Part shown: positions 62,851-64,000 of the stretch, piece after piece | Layout: every line of letters starts with the position of its first letter | Position numbering within the stretch: position 1 is the first letter of the stretch | Assembly: GCF_001194135.2 (NCBI RefSeq) | Contig: NC_068984.1 | Coordinates: 11,738,266 to 11,802,265 of the forward strand | Origin: Octopus bimaculoides | Taxonomy: Eukaryota | Direction: 5' to 3' | DNA length: 64,000 bases | Translations under genes and position numbers: made by a program | The notes under the pieces: model-generated | Told to the model about the DNA's origin: nothing | The model's database searches: none | What the model saw: only the letters and a program-made list of their open reading frames with translations

Positions 62851-63149
62851 GGACTATAAAAAAATAAAATTAGTTATCTAGAAACTGTGATATACAATGT
62901 TATGGAGCTTTTTGAAATTTATAACTTAACTATACCTGTTTACGCTTTGAATTTTTTTTTTAAATGAAATGATATGAAAATAACTAAAAAAAACACGAAA
63001 CAATGAACATGGAATGTAAAAATATGCCAAATGAAATTATATAATGTATAGAAGTACTTTATCACATTGGTGGATGAAAACAAAGTTATAGATATTATAT
63101 ATATATATATTAGATTAAACATGCAATCCTCGTGTTAGTGAGAAATTCG

Positions 63150-63760
63150 TATCTTGAGGTTCTAATGTTAATTTGGTGAGAAATAAATACGTATTTATTT
63201 TACAAAACGTAAAAGAAAACATTTCGAAAAAATCGTGTGATAAAGAGGAGTCATGACCAATAATGAGATGAATATGAATGGGGCCAATAATAGTAAATAA
63301 TCTTCGAACGACACGAACCTTTTTACAGACCAGTTGGTAGTTGTTTGTTTAGATAACATTGCAGTGAATGTGCAACAACCATCAAATACTGCGATCGGTC
63401 GTTCGTTCCCCTTAGCGGTGTATGACCAACCATCCAACCCGAGATAAACACTGATGTGTTAGAGCCGAACCGGCAAAAGAGAAAACATTCAGGAGATTAT
63501 TTCACGAGAAATCAATATAAAATTGTGAATAAATTCATGCTTACTTATGATCAACGACTGTTAATAGATATATAAATATAAATGTGCGTGTATTTATATA
63601 TATATTTAAATCCCTTGGACCGGGTAATAAAATAGGAGATAGAAGATAAGCAAGAGCGGAAATGAGAAATAAGCAATATTCCGGTGTCGCTTAAAACCAT
63701 AATAAAAAGAAGCTTACTTCTCTGTAAAGTTTATGAATAATTTATAAATAAATTTAATCA
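63150..63760. promoter_or_regulatory. CpG-enriched unique region, probable promoter or 5' end of a gene
   Basis: Dense CG dinucleotides (e.g. gcgatcggtcgttcg, gccgaaccgg, tccggtgtcgc) in non-repeat DNA. The rest of the window is CpG-depleted outside young repeats. This was judged by eye. Confidence 0.55.
63319..63359 (-). CDS. Candidate first coding exon MLSKQTTTNWSVK(R), phase-compatible with the UBA3 exon at 24995-25091
   Basis: ATG at 63359 and donor AAG|GTTCGT. AG plus A gives an in-frame Arg joined to MESEW. It lies in a CpG-rich unique region. The linkage to UBA3 is inferred from phase only. Confidence 0.5.
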
Positions 63761-64000
63761 AATGAACGAGTATATATTTTATATGCATACACACACCCAT
63801 ATGTATGTATACTTACATGCATATATAAAATCATGCTCTAGAAAATTCCCCTAATATTGATAATTAAAATATATGCAAGTACATCAACTAATTTCTGCGA
63901 ATTTGCATTTGTAAATAAAAATATTAAAATTTCTTGCGTAACTTTTCTTTTAATAATTGCTGGATTTATTATTAATTATTTGTTTACAAGTTAACACATT

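Noticed and set aside
63319-63359. Resemblance of NWSVKR to the REC114 N-terminal WSLKRY motif
   Set aside because: I could not find a following YGRF-type exon or other REC114 motifs. The in-frame fit to UBA3 is simpler.

Overview
This window is eukaryotic, AT-rich and repeat-dense genomic DNA from a draft assembly with 7 N-gaps. The SINE, LINE and microsatellite content suggests an octopus (coleoid cephalopod); this is inferred from repeat families recognised from memory, not from a search. The one firmly supported gene is UBA3 (NEDD8-activating enzyme E1 catalytic subunit) on the minus strand. Six consecutive coding exons (25091 down to 6421) splice in frame to [22 protein letters not shown]...GAGGLGCELLKNL...[10 protein letters not shown]...[17 protein letters not shown] found no later exons, so the gene probably continues past position 1. 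One intron (9769-12239) is a minor-spliceosome AT-AC intron with a variant donor. A phase-compatible candidate first exon lies in a CpG-rich island at about 63.3 kb, which would imply a first intron of about 38 kb. The rest is mostly tRNA-derived SINEs, 3' ends of RTE-clade LINEs with (GAT)n tails, piggyBac/hAT/Tc1-type MITEs and microsatellites. There are also decayed Helitron, CRE-like and CR1/L2-like fragments, a long fold-back element, and Penelope-type termini with degenerate hammerhead-ribozyme cores. There are no prokaryotic features or CRISPR arrays, and almost all ORFs in the supplied track are artefacts. I found no clearly new biological system. The best leads are the U12 intron, the hammerhead relics, a possible A-to-I recoding site and unexplained exon-like segments in intron 1.
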